Source: a virus
Virus record (IMG/VR): IMGVR_UViG_3300001203_000001
Span: 1-45,672 of that record
Length of the DNA: 45,672 nucleotides
Direction: 5' to 3' (one strand)
The notes under the pieces were generated by a model, which worked only from the letters and a program-made list of their open reading frames with translations, did no database searches and was not told the origin of the DNA. Numbering within the stretch: the first letter of the stretch is position 1; every line of letters starts with the position of its first letter. Positions 44,080 to 45,672 of the stretch are shown here, one piece after another. A program made the position numbers and the translations under genes.

Positions 44080-44347
44080 TTTTAGTTTCCTCTTTATCTT
44101 CTTCTAGTTTCTTTTCGAGTTTATTGACATCACTTGTAAATGATTTAATCAGCTCTTTATTCTGGAGTTTTATACTATCTAAAACTTTTTGTTGCTCAAC
44201 CCTAAAATCATTGATGATAGAGTCTGCCTTTTCATCTACTTTATGATTGAAATAAAATAAACTTGCTAAAGCAACTCCTCCGTACAAAATAAATTTACTG
44301 TACGGAATCAAGCTCCGAGCAATCATTATAAGATTGGCTACTGTCAC
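44003..44347 (-). CDS. inner-membrane spanin component (i-spanin)
   Basis: N-terminal TM helix followed by a charged coiled-coil periplasmic domain. Immediately downstream of the holin-like gene. Confidence 0.55.
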   Translation of the reverse strand: MTVANLIMIARSLIPYSKFILYGGVALASLFYFNHKVDEKADSIINDFRVEQQKVLDSIKLQNKELIKSFTSDVNKLEKKLEEDKEETKNVLREFYKEPDPHGTSGIDGKFLRD

Positions 44348-44576
44348 CTTTTAACTCCTTAAATGTATCTAAAACTTTCCTATAATCTAAATGCCCAACC
44401 GTGCTATAACCAGTACAGATAGTAGTGATAAAAGCAAAGCCTGCTATAGCTACATCTGATAATCCTGTGTAGATACTGAATAAAACAGCTACTACACCGA
44501 ATATAGAAAGTAATATAACTAAACGTTTACTAAACTTACGTTTTGATTTCTCTAGTGGATTAGATTCTAATTCCAT
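44295..44576 (-). CDS. holin-like two-TM membrane protein
   Basis: An internal ATG (MELESNPL...) is preferred; the track start at 44606 is possible. Two hydrophobic helices, LVILLSIFGVVAVLFSIY and VAIAGFAFITTIC. Adjacent to the amidase. Confidence 0.5.
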   Translation of the reverse strand: MELESNPLEKSKRKFSKRLVILLSIFGVVAVLFSIYTGLSDVAIAGFAFITTICTGYSTVGHLDYRKVLDTFKELKGDSSQSYNDCSELDSVQ

Positions 44577-45051
44577 TTTTAAATCCTGCGATATTACCCA
44601 GTGCATCAGTCTTTACATTAAACGAAGGGCAAGCCTTAGCGGAAAATTCATTGTGTCCTGCAATCCTTGTTATATCGTAGTTATCAGCTACTAAGATTTT
44701 AGTTAACATAAGCAGGGATTTTTTCTGGGCCGGTGTCCTAGTATCTTTTGGTTTTAAAGCTTTATCTACACCACCTGCATATGAGATACCTATGCTTTTC
44801 TTATTCCAACCTCTTACATGAGCCCCAATAAGTCTAATAGGTCTGCCAACTACAATAGTTCCGTCTAATTCAATAAAGAAGTGATACCCTATTTGGTTCC
44901 AACCTTTATTAGTATGCCATCGGTGAACTGTTTGTGTTTTTATGTCACGATCTTCTGGAGTAGCAGCACAATGAATAACTAATAGATTAGTACTCCTACC
45001 AGCTTTAAATTTCCCCGGAATAAGTTTCTTTAATTTATCAAATCTTTTCAT
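44560..45051 (-). CDS. N-acetylmuramoyl-L-alanine amidase (T7 lysozyme / PGRP fold) endolysin
   Basis: The ATG at 45051..45049 overlaps the fibre stop (TAATG). Motifs VIHCAAT, IGYHFFI, GAHVRGWNKKSIGISYAGG and GHNEFSAKACPSF. Confidence 0.85.
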   Translation of the reverse strand: MKRFDKLKKLIPGKFKAGRSTNLLVIHCAATPEDRDIKTQTVHRWHTNKGWNQIGYHFFIELDGTIVVGRPIRLIGAHVRGWNKKSIGISYAGGVDKALKPKDTRTPAQKKSLLMLTKILVADNYDITRIAGHNEFSAKACPSFNVKTDALGNIAGFKNGIRI

Positions 45052-45672
45052 TACGAAGATAACTCCTCTAGGTAGTAGTAAGTTGAGCTTTGAGTCCAAA
45101 TAGCATTACCGGGTAGACTCTTAAACTTAACACGATAGGTGTGGCTGCCGGTGTCCCCCGGTGTATAATGGAATTTGATAGTTTTTGAGAATGTGGAATT
45201 ACCTCCTGAATACCCCGATTGTGTTTCAACGGTTACACCATCTACTTCCAACTCAGCCCTAAATCCATCTCTATCCCCACTAGCGGAGCCTGCTGTATAG
45301 TCAACAGCTCCCATCACTGAGATTCGACTCGTTGGAGAAACAGTGGCTCTTACAATTGTGTCTAATGAAACGTAAGTACTACCACCAGTTGGTCCGACGG
45401 AATTAGCTAACCTTTTAATGTCAGACTCCCAGAGCTTTATACCGGAAGGACTCCCCCAAGTAGGGTCATTACCCACACCGTTTGTAGTCAATACTTGACC
45501 CAAAACTCCGGGGCTTAGTTTTACAATATCAAAACCATTGTAGTATAGTATATCCCCTTGAGAAAGAGATAACGCAGAAATATCATCTAAGAAATTACTA
45601 TGGGCTTGTACGTCAACACCTACCTCTAAATCTAGGTTGGCTTGTGCTGTAGGCACATCTGGTACATCAGAT
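45051..45672 (-). CDS. tail fibre protein, C-terminal part (continuation of 498..1 across the circular junction)
   Basis: The frame is open from the window end to the stop at 45053..45051. The apparent GTG start at 45656 is internal once the ends are joined. Confidence 0.8.
   Translation of the reverse strand, partial: SDVPDVPTAQANLDLEVGVDVQAHSNFLDDISALSLSQGDILYYNGFDIVKLSPGVLGQVLTTNGVGNDPTWGSPSGIKLWESDIKRLANSVGPTGGSTYVSLDTIVRATVSPTSRISVMGAVDYTAGSASGDRDGFRAELEVDGVTVETQSGYSGGNSTFSKTIKFHYTPGDTGSHTYRVKFKSLPGNAIWTQSSTYYYLEELSS
45624..45672. repeat. terminal overlap identical to 1..49
   Basis: Direct reading of both ends. Confidence 0.95.

Overview
The first 49 nt are identical to the last 49 nt (1..49 = 45624..45672). 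The window is therefore one complete, circularly closed (or circularly permuted) phage genome with about 45,623 bp of unique sequence, and the linearisation point cuts through a tail-fibre gene. The gene content is that of an AT-rich podovirus of the T7 supergroup. It has a family A DNA polymerase, a gp4-like primase-helicase, a gp2.5-like SSB, a portal, scaffold and major capsid, gp11/gp12-like tail tubular proteins, giant internal virion proteins and a T7-lysozyme-type amidase. No phage RNA polymerase, integrase, tRNA, CRISPR array or recognisable small terminase was found. Transcription appears to depend on the host: there are near-consensus sigma70 promoters, several sharing a GGGTTGAC-type -35 context. 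Two divergent arms leave a repeat-rich control region of about 700 bp (9435..10148). The plus arm (10149..33169) carries early, metabolic and replication genes. The minus arm (9434..1, wrapping to 45623..33166) carries packaging, head, fibre, lysis, tail and ejection genes. The arms converge on a bidirectional terminator at about 33.15 kb. From memory, this layout resembles RNAP-less marine T7-like podoviruses of the VpV262/SIO1 type; that comparison is inference, not a search result. The most unusual content is a tightly packed operon at 13260..19386. It encodes three ATP-dependent carboxylate-amine ligases (two GS/GCS-fold amidoligases and an ATP-grasp), an Ntn class-II glutamine amidotransferase, a gamma-glutamyl-cyclotransferase-like protein and two ORFs I cannot assign to any family. 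Its product or target is unknown. Immediately downstream, behind its own consensus promoter, lie a 47-codon NAMPT-like N-terminal fragment and a shortened Prs-like phosphoribosyltransferase. This pair may be a decayed NAD+-reconstitution (NARP1-like) locus. All functional calls come from motifs read by eye in the supplied translations. No database search was run.
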